NCBI GenBank assembly: GCA_973895155.1
Contig: OZ316896.1
Span: forward strand, 8,267,539-8,331,538
Source: Marsupella aquatica
Lineage: Eukaryota > Plantae > Marchantiophyta
Length of the DNA: 64,000 nucleotides
Direction: 5' to 3'
Shown here: positions 24,701-37,339 of the stretch, piece after piece
How positions within the stretch are numbered: the stretch's first letter is position 1
Layout: every line of letters starts with the position of its first letter
Translations under genes and position numbers: made by a program
The notes under the pieces: model-generated
Database searches by the model: none
The model's input: the letters and a program-made list of their open reading frames with translations, nothing else
Told to the model about the DNA's origin: nothing

Positions 24701-27064
24701 TGCATTGATGTGACCCGCCAAAATTTTGAATGTAACCAAACTTTACGTTGTGCTGAATGTGCAGGTTCGCTCCCTCGTTGGAGATCGGATCTCGCTGATC
24801 ATCCAGACCCTATCCGCCGTTACAATATCATTTGTCTTTGGATTGGCGATATCCTGGAAACTATCTTTGGTGATGATAGCAGTGCAACCGGTAGTCATCA
24901 CGTGCTACTACATCAAGAAGGTTCTTCTTCACAGCATGTACAATCTCACACTCGAAGCTCAGGAAGAAGGTAGTCAGGTGGCTAGCGAGGCTGTCTCACA
25001 TCACCGAACCATCTCTGCTTTCTCGTCTCAAGATAAGATCATGGGATTGTTCGCAGAAATGATGGCCGGACCCCAGAAGGAGTCGCAAAAGAGAGCCATA
25101 ATCGCAGGCTGTGGCCTTGGCACCGCTCAATTCTTCATGTATTGTACTTGGGCTCTGGACTTTTGGTGGGGTGGCAAGCTGGTAGCGGAAGGACAACTTT
25201 CCTTTGGCGCGTTGTTCAAGTGTTTTTTCATCCTGGTAGCATCAGGGAGGATGATTGCTGATGCAGGGAGCATGACTTCGGATCTGGCCAAGGGAGCCAA
25301 CTCGATCATTACCGTCTTCACTATCTTGGATAGAAAAACACAGATCAACCCCGATGATGCAGGAGCAACAAAGCTCGAGAAAGTTGATGGGCATGTAGAG
25401 ATCCGAGATGTGGACTTTGCCTATCCATCCCGACCTGACGTGTTGGTCTTCAAGAACTTCAACCTCAAAGTCAGGGCTGGGAGGAACGTGGCGCTTGTGG
25501 GCCAAAGCGGATCTGGGAAGAGCACAATAATTGGTTTGATAGAAAGGTAATCCAAAATTCTGGCCATCAGCCGAGTCATATTTTCATCTACGTGTGTGAT
25601 ATGTGTTTAGTTGAACATCAGGAAAAAACTTTCCATACTACGTGAGTTCTTTTTGCCAGTCGATTGCGAATTTTGGAAGTAGGCTTGAGATCCGTTGGGA
25701 GAAGGTATGGCACAGTTGGTCTCTTCTTAAAACATCAAAGGCGTATGAACAGGGCAACAGAAAGAACTTAAATGCAGACTGCATTGTCCCGTTCTTTAGA
25801 TGGAAATTCTTACGGGATGTTGAACATGTGCTGAATATGATCATACTCGACATTTTGTAATGAAGAGATTACTAGACTTGCCCCTGAATTTTGTAGATTG
25901 ACTTTTTGTCTAGATTTCGAATGCCATGTTCCCTTGAACTACATTCTGATGAAAATTCTCTCGTATTCCCTTTAACTACATTTATGCTTTGTCTAACCTT
26001 CTGCCTCGTAAGGTGTTTTTGTTCATTTTAAGTGATGTAATTCCAGAAGAGATTAGCTGAGATTGACTGGCTCCTAGTGCGTTGAAATGGATATCAGAAC
26101 CCGTTCTAGTAATATTCGTCGAGACTTGTGTGGAATCTAGTACTTACCTGTACATGATTTGTGCAGGTTCTATGATCCTTTGAAGGGACAGGTGAAGATT
26201 GACGGAACAAATATTAAGGCAATACATTTGAGGACACTAAGAAGTCACATAGCTCTGGTTGGACAAGAGCCGACCCTGTTTGCTGGTACGATTCGGGAAA
26301 ACATTCTGTATGGGAGGGACAATGCTACAGAGGCAGAAATTGTGGAAGCCAGTAAGGCTGCCAATGCCTTCAACTTTATCAGGTGACAATTGACCGAACA
26401 CGGGGCAGGATTCTTTGATCTGGTTGAATGAATTTTGATGCTAAATAATGTACCAAGTCTGAAATTTCCTTCCTCGTTCTCATCATCAGTATCACTCAGG
26501 TAGTAATCCTTGAAGTCGACTGAAGACCACATGACCTAGTGTGACTCAGGTTGACGTACACGGTGTGAATTGTCTAGGCAAGCCCCATCTTTCCTTCTTT
26601 GTTTCGTTTTCCCAGACCTAAAGGCAATCGCTGATAGTCTTAGAAACTGAATTCTTATCTTTCTTTTTAATTTTTTTTGCATTCTCAGTTCACTGAAAGA
26701 TGGATTCAACACTCAAACTGGAGAGCGTGGACTTCAGCTGTCAGGCGGTCAAAAGCAAAGAATTGCCATAGCCCGAGCAATCCTGAAGAATCCTGCAATT
26801 TTGCTGCTAGATGAAGCCACAAGCGCGTTGGATGCCCAGTCAGAGAGAATAGTCCAGGATGCACTGGATAGAATCATGGTGGGTAGAACTACAATAGTGG
26901 TGGCTCATCGACTTTCCACCATCCAGAATTGTGACACCATAGCTGTTATTCAGGATGGCTCTATTCTCGAGCAAGGCAAGCACGACGAGTTAATTTCCAA
27001 GGGTGAGGGTGGGGCTTATTATTCATTAGTGAAGCTGCAAACGAAGAACGCTCAAGGCGGCTGA
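18774..27064 (+). CDS. ABCB: Full-size ABC transporter B family (MDR/P-glycoprotein), resembling the plant ABCB15-like clade; exons 18774-19247, 19799-19853, 19994-20172, 20437-20894, 21623-21852, 22266-22576, 22739-22976, 23476-24182, 24765-25546, 26167-26382, 26689-27064
   Basis: TMD-NBD-TMD-NBD layout: [15 protein letters not shown], Walker [10 protein letters not shown] and GQSGSGKST, signature [14 protein letters not shown] and [14 protein letters not shown], Walker [12 protein letters not shown] twice; all introns GT-AG and in phase. Confidence 0.96.
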
Positions 27065-28507
27065 TGACCACTAAATCAATCCCGACTACTGTAGTCAACA
27101 AAACTACAGATGGGTGCTGCTCAGTTCACCGACCTTCTCACGGGCACTTTTGTTAGACAACAGCTGTTTGGAAGTCACTCCGGTACAAAAATGGTAAAAT
27201 TGGGCAATCCACACCGCGTCCTTAAAGGCACTCGAGTCAAACATGTCATCTGTGCTGCTAAGCACAAAAACATCCTGCTTGTCTGATGATCAGAAATGTC
27301 CCCATGAGCAACTCTGGGAAGGACAGTAATGAGTAGAGAAAGAAGTACCTTGAGATACAGCTGTAGCCAAACAAAGAAGGTCAGGTGATTATGTTAGCAT
27401 CCACAGCAATGACCTTGCAGAGAAGGATGGGGATGATCTGCTCTCTCAGGCTGCTGCAATCACCAAAGGAAATTCACCAGTTCCAGTGAGCCAGCCTTCT
27501 GGTAGGCGACTTTTGTCAATGATGATGACTCTCTTGTAATCTAAGGGTGCATCGAGACAACCTCACTATGTAACTGTTCAACGATAGAGAAAAGGAGGGC
27601 CTGAAAACAAGGCTAGCTACTAGACAGTAATGTACGTGAGGAATATGTAAACAGTGGCATTGCTGGAAGTGAAATGAAGATCATTCACACTGTGCTTTTA
27701 ATTCTCCTCGGCGATTCATGTGTAGAATTTAACTTTACAAGTTTGGGTCCTCTGGACAATGCAACAACTGCTGTCGGTCAGTGAGATGAAATGTGCTATG
27801 GGGGCACCGTCAGATAGAAGTGGTGGTGGTGGTGGTGGTGGTAGGAAAAAGTAATGGGGACGTGGATTGTTGTCTCATCACCACTTGGCACATAAGTTTT
27901 GTTTTAACTGTTTTGGGAGAGCTCTAAAAAGTTTCATCCCCAGTTCATTTGATCGAGCAAATTGTCCATTCTTGTCTCATCCCACTTTGGCACTCTTGGT
28001 TTCTTTCTTTTGGATACCCTGACCAGCGCGCACCTTTTTTGGTTGACCAAATTGTCATTGATCGATGTCTCATCCTCTCTTTCAATTGCCATTTTCATCC
28101 CCGGAATTTACAAGAATAGCTCTCTGAGAGGGACTAATTGACTGATACTTGGCCAAGATCTAATAATGGGGTCCAAAGGGCTTATCTCTGATGAGTGGGT
28201 GACGCTGTAGCTCCCACCCATTTTCCTCTTGTCGTCTCTTCGGCATGGACATATTGGATGGATGTTTGATAGAACAATGAATTTCTAAAGATACTGGTCA
28301 CTCATTGTCCACACTGTGCGCTTCGGAAAGTTTGTCAGCAGCTAAATTTGACATTCAGGATATCCCTCGATAAATAACGGAATCTGAATTTTCCGGTGTT
28401 GCACAAAGCCACTGGGATTGAGCTTTTGAAAGAGCCTGATTTCATCAAATTTCACTTAAAATTGAAAGACTTAAAAATTTCCAAAGAGGACTGTATTGTC
28501 ATCTTCC

Positions 28508-28850
28508 CACATTTCAGTAGTCTGTAATATATGTAATATGAGCAGAAAAGGGGGTTTTCCTGCGGTCCATCTGGGATGCAAAGTCTATCCCAGCATTTTG
28601 GCAAACATGGAGGTCCATCTGGGATGCAAAGTCACATTTCAGTAGTCTGTGTAATATATGTAATATGAGCAGAAAAGGGGGTTTTGCTGCGGTCCATCTG
28701 GGATGCAAAGTCTATCCCAGCATTTTGGCAAACATGGAGGTCCATCTGGGATGCAAAGTCTATCTGAGCATTTTGTCAAACATGAAGGTCCATCCTGGCT
28801 CCAATTGCTGCAGTTCATGTGGGTTGCAAAGTGTATCCGAGCATTTTGGC
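28508..28850. repeat. Nested tandem repeat (125-bp duplication containing ~48-bp subunits)
   Basis: cacatttcagtagtctg... at 28508 and 28633; the subunit ggtccatctgggatgcaaagtctatcccagcattttggcaaacatgga occurs 4-5 times and decays to the right. Confidence 0.8.
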
Positions 28851-30156
28851 GAAGGTGGAGATGCATGGTGCTTCAATTTCCCAGTTTCATCCCAAGCTCA
28901 TGTAGTTAAGCACTATGTCCTTTTAATTTGTGTTTCATCCCCACTTTGTCACTCTCTTCCCCATACTTTGCAAGACTTTTCTGTACATAGTAAGTGTTGT
29001 TCACAGGGAGTTATAATGGGCTGGTAAGAGGACCATGATAAACTTGAAGGCCTGACTGATTTCAATTTTAGTTTATTTTAGTAAAAATAGAGGAAATTGC
29101 CATAAAGTATGAGGTTAAGGACCTGGGGATATAAAGTCTCCTGTACATACCGTTGACCCACATAAACTTGCATGTAAGCTACACACTTTCTAAGGTTTGT
29201 TTTCAATGAGAATTTTCACAAATGGTGGCGGAACGGGGCTGGCGATGGCGCACACGAGCTTGCGCGCCTGCTGGCTGAGACAGAAGAAGCCATAGTTTAA
29301 CACAGGCCTGATGCCTGATCCTTGTGCTCGCTGGGAGACAACGTCGACATGGTTCTCTCGACATCGATCGATTTGAATTATGGTAGATTAAGTGTTGAAT
29401 TTAGAAGGTGAAGATTAGGTTAGGAAGTGATGAGTGAGTGTGAGAAGTTAGCGATGATAGGATCCAGGAATTATGAAACTGGGTATGAACAGAGCATTGA
29501 TGGGCGGTCTGTGCGCACTGGTCCTGATACCACGAAGAATGCACCCGACACCAGTATGACTGCCGAAGCTGTGCAGAGACCGTCTTATGCCGCTGTTGCC
29601 AACCCTAAACATAGGGCGGGTCGCAGGGAAATCGATCAAGAGGACGGTACTCTTTGGGAGGGAGACGAGGACGAGTCTGGGCAAGAGGAGGAAGAAGAGA
29701 GTGACAATCCTTACGAACACAACCTAGATATTGAAGCAGGACAATACGTGACCAGTGATGATCTGAAAGCTCAGTTGGCGCACCTACCCAGAGTCCCTGA
29801 AAAACCGTTGGCCGGAATGCGTGCTGAAACTCTGGTCGTCGACCGAAACATCATCGCCAGCAGGATTCTTCACCTCCAGAAGAGGGGCATTATCCTATAC
29901 ATTGTGGATTTCAATCCTACTCTGGACTACTTTCACGACTGGGCGTGTGACACCCGGTGTGACGTGATCGGAGCGAGAATGCAGATTGAGATCGAACAGA
30001 TCAAGGTAATGGCTAGATACACCTTTCTTATTGTTGTGTCTAACCCGGAGGAACATAAAAGGATATTGATGGAACCATTTCTGAACATGGGCCGCCGTAT
30101 GGTGATGGCCATGCCATGGACACCCGACTTCAATGCCAATGACATGAAGACCACCA

Positions 30157-30500
30157 TGTTGAGCATAGACGACATTCGTAACGGCAAGCCCATGAACCAT
30201 CCAACGCACAATAGTCGACACAGAGAGATACGTGGTTCACCTCCACATGAGGCTACGTCCACGGGAACACACAAGAGCTTTACTGCACTCTAGGCCGACC
30301 GGCCATACCAAGCATCCACAGCACAAGCTCTCCCTATCTCTCAACTAGCTCCGTAACAATGAGCCTAAGTTCCACCAGGGTCTGGCATCAACCCTGGCTA
30401 TATGCACAACAGCACTAGCGCTAACATTAGCTAAGTCCTAACCCGAGTTAGACTAACTGTGGTTAGCTCATGAGTCACAAGACTAGAGCAATATCTAACA
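30157..30500 (-). repeat. Copia 3' LTR
   Basis: tgttgagca...atctaaca, adjacent to the polypurine tract. Confidence 0.96.
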
Positions 30501-30706
30501 AACTCCCCCTTGACTCTTGTCTTGGGGACTGGACTAAATGCAACCATATGGAATCCTCAGCGGGAAGTTCTAGACAATCACCAAACCAGGTCTCCCCCTA
30601 AAAACCACAAGGGTTAACTAAGGGTTAACTAGAACTAAACCGTAGCCAAAAGGAATGAGTAATCCATATACAAATAGTCTCACATTGCTAAATAACTCTA
30701 CTTGCA

Positions 30707-33700
30707 TTACAACTGCAAAACCTGCAAAGTAGCACGGTGTCTTGAGAAACTCTCCAAAGGAATCACTTTGGTAAAGGCATCAGCGGGATTGAGCTTTCCA
30801 TCAATCTTGACTAGCTCAAAAGTTTTATCAGACACTGCTTGCCTGATAAAATGGTACCTGATATCAATGTGCTTCACCCTGCTATCCATCACCTGGTTAG
30901 CAGCCAAGTGAAGAGCACTCTGACTATCACAATTTAGAGTCATTTTTCCATGCTCTAAATTCATCTCCGCGATCAACTTATCCAACCAAATTGCTTCCTT
31001 TGCTGCTTCTGCTGTTGCAACATACTCTGCTTCTGTAGTAGACTGAGATATGCACTTCTGCAAGGTAGATTTCCAACTGATACATCCTCCTCCAAGAGTG
31101 TATACAAACCCAGTTGTAGATCTCCTTGTATCCAGACAGCCTCCATAGTCAGAATCTACATAGCCAACTAACGTTCTATTTGATCTGTTATCAAATAGTA
31201 ATCCATAGTCCTGTGTTCCTCTCACATACCTGAGAATCCATTTCACAGCTTCCCAATGTACCTTCCCTGGATTTGACATGAATCTACTGACCTTGCCCAT
31301 CGCTAGGGCCAAGTCAGGCCTAGTACAAGTCATCAAATACATCAGACTGCCTACTGCCTTCTCATAAGGAATCTTAGCCATCAGACCTTTCTCCACAGCA
31401 TCCGTAGGAGAGAAAGCCAATGATAACTTGAAATGTGAAGGTAAAGGAATACTCACTGGCTTACAGTTCTCCATGTTGAATCGTGCAAGTACTTTCCTCG
31501 CATACTGGCCTTGACTCAAGCACAACTGTCCAGTCTCAGAGTTCCTAAAAATCTCCATCCCTAAGATCCTCTTGGCCTTACCAAGATCCTTCATCCTGAA
31601 TTTAGCACTCAATTTCGCCTTGAGACTGTCAACCTCAGATTGATCTTTAGCCACAATCAGCATGTCATCCACATAGATCACTAGAATGATGAACCCAAAC
31701 ACATCATTCTTGACTGATTTCGTATACACACAAGGATCATACACCATCCTTGTAAAACCTTGAGCAAGCATGAAATTATCAAACCGCTTGTTCCACTGTC
31801 TGGGAGACTGCTTCAATCCATACAAGGGCTTGAGTAATCTGCAAACTAAGCTCTCTTGGCTCTTCTTCATAAAGCCTACTGGCTGTCTCATGAAGATCAT
31901 CTCTTCCAAGTTGCCATAGAGAAAAGCAGTAACAACATCCATCTGATCCATTATCAGACCAAAAAACACAACAAGCTGACACAAGATCCGAATTGTGGAA
32001 TACTTAGCCACCGGTGAAAAGACCTCATTGTAGTCCACTCCTTTCTCCTGAGTGAACCCCTTGGCAACAAGCCTTGCCTTGTAGATCTTATCTCCACCCT
32101 CTGAAGGACTGTCCTTCAACTTGTAAATCCACTTGCTGTCCACCACTTGTTGACCTCTTGGAAGCTCCACCAGCTCCCATGTCTTGTTGTCACTCAAAGA
32201 TTGCAACTCCCTCTGCATTGTTGCATTCCACTCATGCTTCTGCTCTGAAGCACAAGCCTCACTGTACGAAGAAGGCTCTCCTTCTTCCAAGATCAAAGCC
32301 ATATCATCATCATCAGATGCAATGTCAATGTCATCTAGCTTAGATGAGTCTGCCCATTGACCATACCTGGTAGGAGCTCTAGTAGAACGACTAGAAGTTC
32401 TTCTAGTAGATGACTCAGGCTGATCTGCTGCTGCTGCTGGTTGAATTTGAGGTACCCTAGCAACAATCTGCTCCTCTTGTTCCATCATAGGAACCAGCTC
32501 CAAGCCCGGAGCTTCTCCACCTCTCCTGTCATGAACAACATCATGACTAATCTCCCCCTCAACCGGGTCCGGGATGGGAGATTTCCCCTTGTTAGTATGG
32601 GAGTCCTGAGAACTCTCCCCCTCCTTTGATGATCTGGATTCATTAAAGGACACATCTTTACTGACAATTAGTTTACAGGTTACTGGATCCCATAACCTAT
32701 AACCCTTCACACCTTTCTGATAGCCAAGGAAAATGCACTTCTTCGACTTGGACTCCAGCTTGGATCGAAGCTGGGAAGGTGTAAGCACATAAGCATCACA
32801 TCCAAAAATCCTCAAATGTGAATAATCTGCTGGACGCCCGTACCTCATTTCAAATGACGTCTTGAATCCAATAGAACTGGATGGAGAAAAATTTACCAAA
32901 TAAGCTGCAGTGTTGACAGCTTCAGCCCAAAACTCATGTGGTAAGCATGATTGACTCAACATACTCCTCGAGCGGTCCAATAGTGTTCGGTTGAGTCTCT
33001 CAGAAACACCATTCTGTTGAGGAGTATAACTTGTTGTGAGATGGCGGGTAATCCCCTGCTCCTTACAATACGTTCCAAATTCCCCGGAACTGTATTCACC
33101 GCCGTTATCCGATCGAAGATATCTCACCTTATTACCAGTCTGATTCTCAACTTGGGCTTTCCACTCCTTAAAAATGGCAAAAACATCAGACTTACTGTGT
33201 AGAAAGTATATCCACACATACCTTGAGTAATCGTCTATGAACGTGACATAGTATAACCGTCCAGAATGTGAGGGAGTAGGGGCTGGACCCCACACATCAC
33301 TATGTACATACTCAAGTAACTCCTTGTTCGTGTGAGTTCCAACTCCGAAGGGTTTCCTGTGCTGCTTCCCAAGCACACAGTGCTCACAAAATTCCAACTT
33401 ACAAGATTGTAAATTAGAAAGTAATCCTTTCTTCTGAAGAATAACCAAACCTTTTTCACTCATGTGGCCCAAACGGAAGTGCCACAGCCGGGCCGTCTCC
33501 TCATGAGATAAGGTTGCATTGGCTTCATCACTGACTACACTGCCCTCCAAAACGTATAGATTGGAATGTCTCTTTCCCTTCAATACAACTTTAGTACTAG
33601 TTGAAACCTGAAGGACACCATTAGCAGAACTCCACTGATGGCCATTTGCTTCTAAAACTCCAAGTGAAATGAGATTTTTCATCATGTTGGGAATGTGTCT

Positions 33701-33925
33701 CACATTCCTCAACGTTCTTACAGCACCATCAAACATCTGAAATCTTACAGATCCAAGTCCAACAACTTGACATGGGATTCCATTTCCCATCAACACTGAC
33801 CCGTTGGAAACCGTGTAAGAACAGAAATAATCTCTTCTAGAGCAAATGTGAAAAGTACATGCACTATCTAGAATCCAGTCATCACTACCTGGATTTGACA
33901 CTACGTTGAGAGCATAACCTTGACA
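30707..33925 (-). CDS. pol: Copia pol (protease, GAG-pre-integrase/integrase, reverse transcriptase, RNase H)
   Basis: WILDSACTFH, LWHFRLGH, VHSDVWGP, LRSDNGGEY, PQQNGVSER, YKARLVAKGF, QMDVVTAFLYG, YVDDMLI, GYVDSDY, STTEAEY, KHIDIRYH; open 1064-aa frame. Confidence 0.96.
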   Translation of the reverse strand, partial: CQGYALNVVSNPGSDDWILDSACTFHICSRRDYFCSYTVSNGSVLMGNGIPCQVVGLGSVRFQMFDGAVRTLRNVRHIPNMMKNLISLGVLEANGHQWSSANGVLQVSTSTKVVLKGKRHSNLYVLEGSVVSDEANATLSHEETARLWHFRLGHMSEKGLVILQKKGLLSNLQSCKLEFCEHCVLGKQHRKPFGVGTHTNKELLEYVHSDVWGPAPTPSHSGRLYYVTFIDDYSRYVWIYFLHSKSDVFAIFKEWKAQVENQTGNKVRYLRSDNGGEYSSGEFGTYCKEQGITRHLTTSYTPQQNGVSERLNRTLLDRSRSMLSQSCLPHEFWAEAVNTAAYLVNFSPSSSIGFKTSFEMRYGRPADYSHLRIFGCDAYVLTPSQLRSKLESKSKKCIFLGYQKGVKGYRLWDPVTCKLIVSKDVSFNESRSSKEGESSQDSHTNKGKSPIPDPVEGEISHDVVHDRRGGEAPGLELVPMMEQEEQIVARVPQIQPAAAADQPESSTRRTSSRSTRAPTRYGQWADSSKLDDIDIASDDDDMALILEEGEPSSYSEACASEQKHEWNATMQRELQSLSDNKTWELVELPRGQQVVDSKWIYKLKDSPSEGGDKIYKARLVAKGFTQEKGVDYNEVFSPVAKYSTIRILCQLVVFFGLIMDQMDVVTAFLYGNLEEMIFMRQPVGFMKKSQESLVCRLLKPLYGLKQSPRQWNKRFDNFMLAQGFTRMVYDPCVYTKSVKNDVFGFIILVIYVDDMLIVAKDQSEVDSLKAKLSAKFRMKDLGKAKRILGMEIFRNSETGQLCLSQGQYARKVLARFNMENCKPVSIPLPSHFKLSLAFSPTDAVEKGLMAKIPYEKAVGSLMYLMTCTRPDLALAMGKVSRFMSNPGKVHWEAVKWILRYVRGTQDYGLLFDNRSNRTLVGYVDSDYGGCLDTRRSTTGFVYTLGGGCISWKSTLQKCISQSTTEAEYVATAEAAKEAIWLDKLIAEMNLEHGKMTLNCDSQSALHLAANQVMDSRVKHIDIRYHFIRQAVSDKTFELVKIDGKLNPADAFTKVIPLESFSRHRATLQVLQL

Positions 33926-34990
33926 TCACAATATGTCATCATCATCGAGTAAATCTACCTCATGCGAGCTCGATGCTGCGTTAGCAGAGGTAGTAGGGAC
34001 CTTTACTCGGCAATCCCTTTTCATGTGGCCTGGCTTGCCACAATTCCAACATGCAATAGGCTTCCTGTCTTGCGATTTTCCTCTGGATTTAGATCTCCCC
34101 CTTGATGTAGATCTAAACCTGTTCTGCCCATTCGTGCGCTGCGCTGCTCTCCCACGGTTCACATTCAGCGCAGTACCAGAAGAAGATGTTGTCTGTGATT
34201 GACCCAACTTCTTCTGAGCATCATCAAACAGTAAAGAGCTTACCACCTCATTATACAAAATGGACTTCAGATCTCTGTACAAGAGCATCTGTTTCAAGCC
34301 CTGATATGACGGCGGTAAGGAGCTTAGCAGAAGCAAGGCCTTATCCTCATCTTCAACTCCTTTTCCCAGGTTTGACAGATCCACCGCTAGACTGTCAAAC
34401 TCATCCAAGTGATCCTGCATCTTGCTCCCTTCTTTGAGCCTGCGGCTCATCAAGAGAGACTTCTTGTACAGCCGGTCTGACGCATCTTCCCGGTAGTACT
34501 TCTCTCTTAGAGCCTTGAACAGTGATGCACAATCCGCATAATCACCCAGCTGCTTGATGATGTGCGGCTTCAGATAAAGCATCACTGCATTAACAGCAAT
34601 CACCTGCTCCTGTCTCCACTACTTTTCTGAGATCTCCTCCTCTCCATCATACTGCTCTCGCGAAGAGAGCAAATGAGCTAAGCCCATGGCCCGAAGAACA
34701 CCCTTCACTTGCTTCTCCCACAGCAAATAATCAGTACGACCATCGTACTTCTCCACCTCAAACTTTACTCCTCCGAATCTAGCCATCTCCCTCTTCTTCC
34801 CAACTACCAACAGCTCTGGTAGTAGTACAGCTTCCTCCACTGCACGCCACACCGGTGATCGTACCGGTGTTACTTGTTCCTCCTCAAATGGTAGCAGCTC
34901 CTCCTCAGACTCTCCGTCTGACTGTCGCGATCCTAAAGCTCCACCAACGCCAATTCTTCCAGTATCCTCCGAGTCACTCATATGAAACAA
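33926..34990 (-). CDS. gag: Copia gag (UBN2-like + CCHC knuckle), with an in-frame TAG at 34619-34621 and ending in TGA in frame with pol
   Basis: FEVEKYDGRTDYLLW, DKALLLLSSLPPSY, CWNCGKPGHMKRDC; ORFs 34619-34990, 33926-34603 and 30707-33901 all share one frame. Confidence 0.9.
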
Positions 34991-36725
34991 TCACGAAAAA
35001 ACGTCGTTTTTTGAAACTTCTCATAAAACTCAAAACTCAACACCGCCGCGTAGCCCACGAAGCTAGGAGTCCAATACTGAAAGCCGAAATCAAAATCGAA
35101 ATTCGACGGAAAAGTTATTCAAATTTTGGTCGGGGTGGGTAAAACCTTGGGAAACTCCCCCGTTTTGACCACCTCGGAGAATAACCAAAATACCAAGTAC
35201 AACCCGTCGTCAGAATCGCGATGTGATTGGTGCGCCGCGTTGCTAACTCCAGTGGCAACGTCCTCACCAAAAAAGAACCAAAAAAGTTACCGTTCGGCGG
35301 ACGGAATCTTTGTCGAATGGCCAAAAAACAGCTCTCTGTTTTTCGGGAATATTCCCGCACAGTACAGCAGGTCTCACAGGGGGCCGTTCCCCCTGTTGGA
35401 GCGGTTAAAACGGAGGGTGACCGGTCCCGGGACAAGAGGAAAAGCAAGGGGAAAGAAAAAGGCTTAAAATAGGGCCCTTAAGGGGGTGCAAAGCCCCTTA
35501 AAAACAAAATACACCCCAAAACGCGCATCCGCGTATGCGCGACGCGAGGCGGGCCAGGGGGAATACAAGGCGTATGGCCAGCTAGTACAAAGGAAAAAAG
35601 CTCGCCGTCGCGATGGCAGTAGTAGGGACGCGAGGGCGAGGCCCTAAGGCACGGCACGGCCGGCCGAAGGGAGGCAAGGGGCAAGGAGGGCGGGCGCGGG
35701 GTCGCAGGCGTAAAGGCCAGGGGGAGTGGCACCGGCTGAGCCCGAGCACGCACTCCGAGCAGGGCAGCAAAGGGTCGGGGGTCGCAGGGGGCATTGGCGG
35801 TAGGCAAGGAGCGCCAACCGTCGCTGCGCCCTAATTAACAGGTGCGCGGGGGGGGAAGGGGGGGGGGCAATACACGGCCGACGGGGCCCGATCAAAAGAT
35901 GTACTTGGGAGGGGGGGAATTAAACGGTGTACTCGGGAGTATGGTGCCGAGGTGTGTATACACCTCGTGTTTATACACTCGAGAAAAACCCTCTAAAACC
36001 CCCCCAAAAACAAAAATTGACTCCACAAAGAAAAAAGGCAATAACTTACCTTTGCCGCCGCCGTTTCCAACAAGAAAAATGAAAGCCGCCGACGGTAAGT
36101 GTGGCCAAATTTCACCGGCACAGTCTGCAAGCTCAGTAGAGACCAAAGTTCCGTCGCATCACCTTCACTCCGCGTCAAGTGCCAATCCCGGGCTCAAAAC
36201 GACCGCCTCACCAAGATCAAACCGTTGAGCCGTAGCACTTCGCGTTTCTTCCACCGAGTCGGACGTCACAAAGAGAAACCCGGCTCAGATGGGAACAAGC
36301 TCCATAGCTTGTGAAAAAACCTGAACGCCTCCTTCACTCGTCACGTCGCACTCGGTAACACCTCGGCAACAATCCAGCTACCGAAACGACCAGCTCGCTT
36401 CAACCTTCAACTTGAGCTATAATGTGTGATCCCTCCCGCACCGCACAGCTCACACCATTGAAAAATGCGATCTCTGGTCTCTCCCCCGAAATACCGTCGA
36501 ACACGAATAAAACCTGAACGACGCAATCTTCAATTCCTCCGCACCACGGATACCGATCAGCGAGTTCTAACCATCGTTAGAAAGTCCTCTCACTAACCTA
36601 TCCGCACAGCCACACACATTCGAGTTTCATGCGAAGAAACTCCGAATGTACCATCGACAATGGACGCTGGAAAAAACCTGTCACGAAAAAACCTCGTCAC
36701 CTCCCAGGCATGCTCTGATACCACT

Positions 36726-37069
36726 TGTTGAGCATAGACGACATTCGTAACGGCAAGCCCATGAACCATCCAACGCACAATAGTCGACACAGAGAGATAC
36801 GTGGTTCACCTCCACATGAGACTACGTCCACGGGAACACACAAGAGCTTTACTGCACTCTGGGCCGACCGGCCATACCAAGCATCCACAGCACAAGCTCT
36901 CCCTATCTCTCAACTAGCTCCGTAATAATGAGCCTAAGTTCCACCAGGGTCTGGCATCAACCCTAGCTATATGCACAACAGCACTAGCGCTAACATTAGC
37001 TAAGTCCTAACCCGAGTTAGACTAACTGTGGTTAGCTCATGAGTCACAAGACTAAAGCAATATCTAACA
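36726..37069 (-). repeat. Copia 5' LTR
   Basis: Near-identical to 30157-30500; followed on the minus strand by the PBS TGGTATCAGAGC. Confidence 0.96.
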
Positions 37070-37339
37070 CACCAGGGCCCCAGTCTGGGTGGATCTACCA
37101 CTATTGAATCCAACATTCGAGTACTATGCCAACTCCCTACTTGCTAAGGTGGGCACAGTTCTGTATGCCCAAACACACAAGTCCAAGAGTAAATTCTCAC
37201 ACATCAGAGGATGTGTGCTCTGCAACCTCAACGAAGATCTATTGGAATATATTAATGTCTCTATCCCGGAGGTGGGAAACTACCGGGTAGACGTTATATA
37301 TCGCACTTTTATTACTAGAAGTTTGTTTTTCATGCAAAC

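Larger units (their letters stand above)
30157..37069 (-). mobile_element. Full-length Ty1/Copia LTR retrotransposon (Tnt1/Tork-like), 6913 bp
   Basis: Two 344-bp LTRs (30157-30500, 36726-37069) with about 5 transitions by eye; TSD CACCA (30152-30156, 37070-37074); PBS 36712-36723; PPT AGGGGGAGTT at 30501-30510; gag-PR-IN-RT-RH order. Confidence 0.97.

Noticed and set aside
33918-33957. A 40-nt GT..AG intron that would remove the gag stop
   Set aside because: Too short, and not a multiple of 3, so it would not restore the pol frame.
35478-36228. Several GC-rich overlapping ORFs in the Copia leader
   Set aside because: Low-complexity products with no motifs, as expected from GC-rich sequence; absent from the sister copy.
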